In this document: piece by piece, positions 53,955 through 55,368 of the stretch
Layout of the letters: each line of letters opens with the position of its first letter
How positions within the stretch are numbered: position 1 is the stretch's first letter
Source of the DNA: a virus
Lineage: Duplodnaviria > Caudoviricetes
Length of the DNA: 55,368 nucleotides
Virus record (IMG/VR): IMGVR_UViG_3300047294_000129
Location: 1 to 55,368 of that record
Strand: one strand, 5' to 3'
Position numbers and translations under genes: made by a program
Notes under the pieces: model-generated
Database searches by the model: none
Seen by the model: only the letters and a program-made list of their open reading frames with translations
What the model was told of the DNA's origin: nothing

Positions 53955-54721
53955 CCATTACTACCCCAGAAATACGCGCCAGCGAGTCTAACCACTGGTA
54001 CACGCGTGACGGTGTGCCTCGCTACACAGTCATTGGCAAAAACGGTAAGGAGCGCAATACAACACTGCGGGACGCGAGGGCAGAGAACCTCGTGCCTAGC
54101 GTTACCACGGTGTTGAATATTGCGGCCAAGCCAGCGCTTACGGCATGGCTGCAAAAGCAGGTATTGCTTGCGGCTTTAACCCTGCCTCGCATAGATGGTG
54201 AACCTGAGGCTGATTACATCAGCCGAATCATCGATGACAGCAAAGAGCAGGGGCGAGCGGCGGCAGATGCGGGTACAGACATACACACATCAATCCAAAG
54301 CTTTTTTGAGAAGAAGCCAGTTCATAAGCACCATCACAGTGTTTATGCAACCGACAAAAAACTTGAGTCTGTTTTTGGTATTCAGGAGTGGGTTAGCGAA
54401 AGATCGTTTGGGCACGAGTTAGGCTTTGGCGGCAAAGCTGACTTGTATGTACCAACTGACAAGGGCATCGTCGTTGACGTAAAAACCAAAGAGTTTTACA
54501 ACGAGGCTGATGTTGTTGCCTATGACGAACACCTGATGCAGCTTGCGGCTTATCGAGTTGGTTTGGGCGTACCAGAGGCTCGATGCGGCAACCTGTTCGT
54601 ATCTCGCAAGGTTCCGTCTCTTGTCGTGTTCAAAGAGTGGACAGAGGAAGATCTAAAGCGCGGGTGGGAAATGTTTACGCACCTGTTAATGTTTTGGCAA
54701 TTGAAAAACAAACACACTTGA
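53951..54721 (+). CDS. PD-(D/E)XK exonuclease (256 aa)
   Basis: PSVTTVL...GTDIH...SE...FGGKADL...VVDVKT...QLAAY. Confidence 0.85.
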   Translation: MTITTPEIRASESNHWYTRDGVPRYTVIGKNGKERNTTLRDARAENLVPSVTTVLNIAAKPALTAWLQKQVLLAALTLPRIDGEPEADYISRIIDDSKEQGRAAADAGTDIHTSIQSFFEKKPVHKHHHSVYATDKKLESVFGIQEWVSERSFGHELGFGGKADLYVPTDKGIVVDVKTKEFYNEADVVAYDEHLMQLAAYRVGLGVPEARCGNLFVSRKVPSLVVFKEWTEEDLKRGWEMFTHLLMFWQLKNKHT

Positions 54722-54730
54722 AGGAATAAC

Positions 54731-54982
54731 ATGTTGACCGAAGATCAAGTAAGAAACATTTTTTTTGCATCTACGCCCCGCGTGGGCGCGGTGCTGGCTG
54801 TGGACGTGGACTACCAGCAATTTGCAGAAAAAGTGCAGAGGGCCGCTGCTTACTCGTATGCCAAAGCCGCGCTGGATGCCGCCGTAAGTGAGTGTCGAAC
54901 CATGAATGGCAATGTTGCAGACCAGCTAGCTGTTTGGGCAAAGCTTGAATTGAGAAAGCTGGACGCTTATGTTAAAGATTGA
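54731..54982 (+). CDS. Hypothetical protein (83 aa)
   Basis: AAGGA RBS. Confidence 0.65.
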   Translation: MLTEDQVRNIFFASTPRVGAVLAVDVDYQQFAEKVQRAAAYSYAKAALDAAVSECRTMNGNVADQLAVWAKLELRKLDAYVKD

Positions 54983-55196
54983 CGGCCATGAAAATGCGTC
55001 AATTGGTCAAGCCTATATCTGGCGCGACCGTGCGCAGGTTCTTGTGCTGGTGTACGACGCTGAGGTGATTCGCGCCAATTTGATGAAGGGCGGCATGAGC
55101 AGCGACGAGGCCAGAGAGTACATTGAATACAACATTGAAGGTGCTTACATGGGCGAGCACACCCCAGTGCTTGTTTGGCCCGAAGATTTGCAATAA
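54969..55196 (+). CDS. Hypothetical protein (75 aa)
   Basis: DGHENASIG...EAREYIEYNIEGAYMGEHTP motif. Confidence 0.75.
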   Translation: MLKIDGHENASIGQAYIWRDRAQVLVLVYDAEVIRANLMKGGMSSDEAREYIEYNIEGAYMGEHTPVLVWPEDLQ

Positions 55197-55219
55197 AAAA
55201 ACCCGCCACTGGGGCGGGT
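55194..55219 (-). terminator. Intrinsic terminator ending the late operon at the convergence point
   Basis: ACCCGCC-CCAGT-GGCGGGT followed by a T-tract on the minus strand, just after the SLT gene stop. Confidence 0.8.
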
Positions 55220-55236
55220 AAAGCAGAGGGCAACTG

Positions 55237-55341
55237 CTAAGTTAATTCTATCGGAGAACTGCCAGCCTGCGATAGGGGTGATTTTGGTGGCGGAGGGGGC
55301 GGAGGGGGTTTTTGTTGCGAGCTTTGGCGAAACAGGTCAAT
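55237..55341 (-). CDS. 3' end of the junction-spanning SLT internal virion protein
   Basis: In-frame continuation IDLFRQSSQQKPPPPPPPKSPLSQAGSSPIELT then TAG at 55239-55237. Confidence 0.85.
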   Translation of the reverse strand: MDLFRQSSQQKPPPPPPPPKSPLSQAGSSPIELT

Positions 55342-55368
55342 TGCTGTGGCAGCAAGCTCCCCCGTGAT
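55342..55368. repeat. Terminal direct repeat (identical to 1-27)
   Basis: Exact 27-bp match. Confidence 0.95.

Noticed and set aside
53951-54721. Cas4/CRISPR association of the PD-(D/E)XK nuclease
   Set aside because: It lacks the Fe-S cysteine set, there is no array, and the context next to an SSB-like gene indicates recombination.
55342-55368. 27-bp terminal repeat as a biological DTR or att site
   Set aside because: It falls mid-ORF, its size fits an assembler k-mer overlap, and no integrase is seen.
1-55368. Alternative genetic code or stop-codon reassignment
   Set aside because: Coding density is high under the standard code, TAA, TGA and TAG all end genes, and there is no suppressor tRNA.

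Overview
The window is an apparently complete, circularly assembled tailed dsDNA phage genome of about 55.3 kb (positions 1-27 repeat at 55342-55368). It is podovirus-like and most likely infects a Gram-negative host, because it encodes Rz/Rz1-type spanins. A freshwater betaproteobacterial host is plausible but is inference only. Minus strand, 52215 to 1 and across the junction to 55237: Cro-like regulator, two DUF1376 replication proteins, a GREB1/TAGT-like glycosyltransferase, RusA, a Ref-like nuclease, DUF932 and small early genes, tRNA(CAT) plus structured RNAs, TerS, TerL, a 1409-aa polyvalent protein, portal, GroES, scaffold, major capsid, tail and fibre genes, an embedded lysis cassette, and internal virion proteins ending in a junction-spanning lytic transglycosylase that the ORF track misses. 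Plus strand, 52304-55196: SSB-like protein, PD-(D/E)XK nuclease and small ORFs. I recognised no integrase, CI repressor, DNA polymerase, helicase or prohead protease. Main candidate novelties: (1) a recurring [hydrophobic/K]-[A/K]-x-G-G motif in several late proteins that splits the 1409-aa protein into four modules (including PcfJ-like and ADP-ribosyltransferase modules, two with a duplicated leader), suggesting a di-glycine-tagged cargo loading or processing system; (2) a tRNA followed by an anticodon-less tRNA mimic and further structured RNAs just upstream of TerS; (3) about 21 NN[ED][ST]SxY repeats in an internal protein; (4) repeated promoter and RBS modules flanking early-gene cassettes. 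All family calls come from motif recognition by eye; no searches were run.
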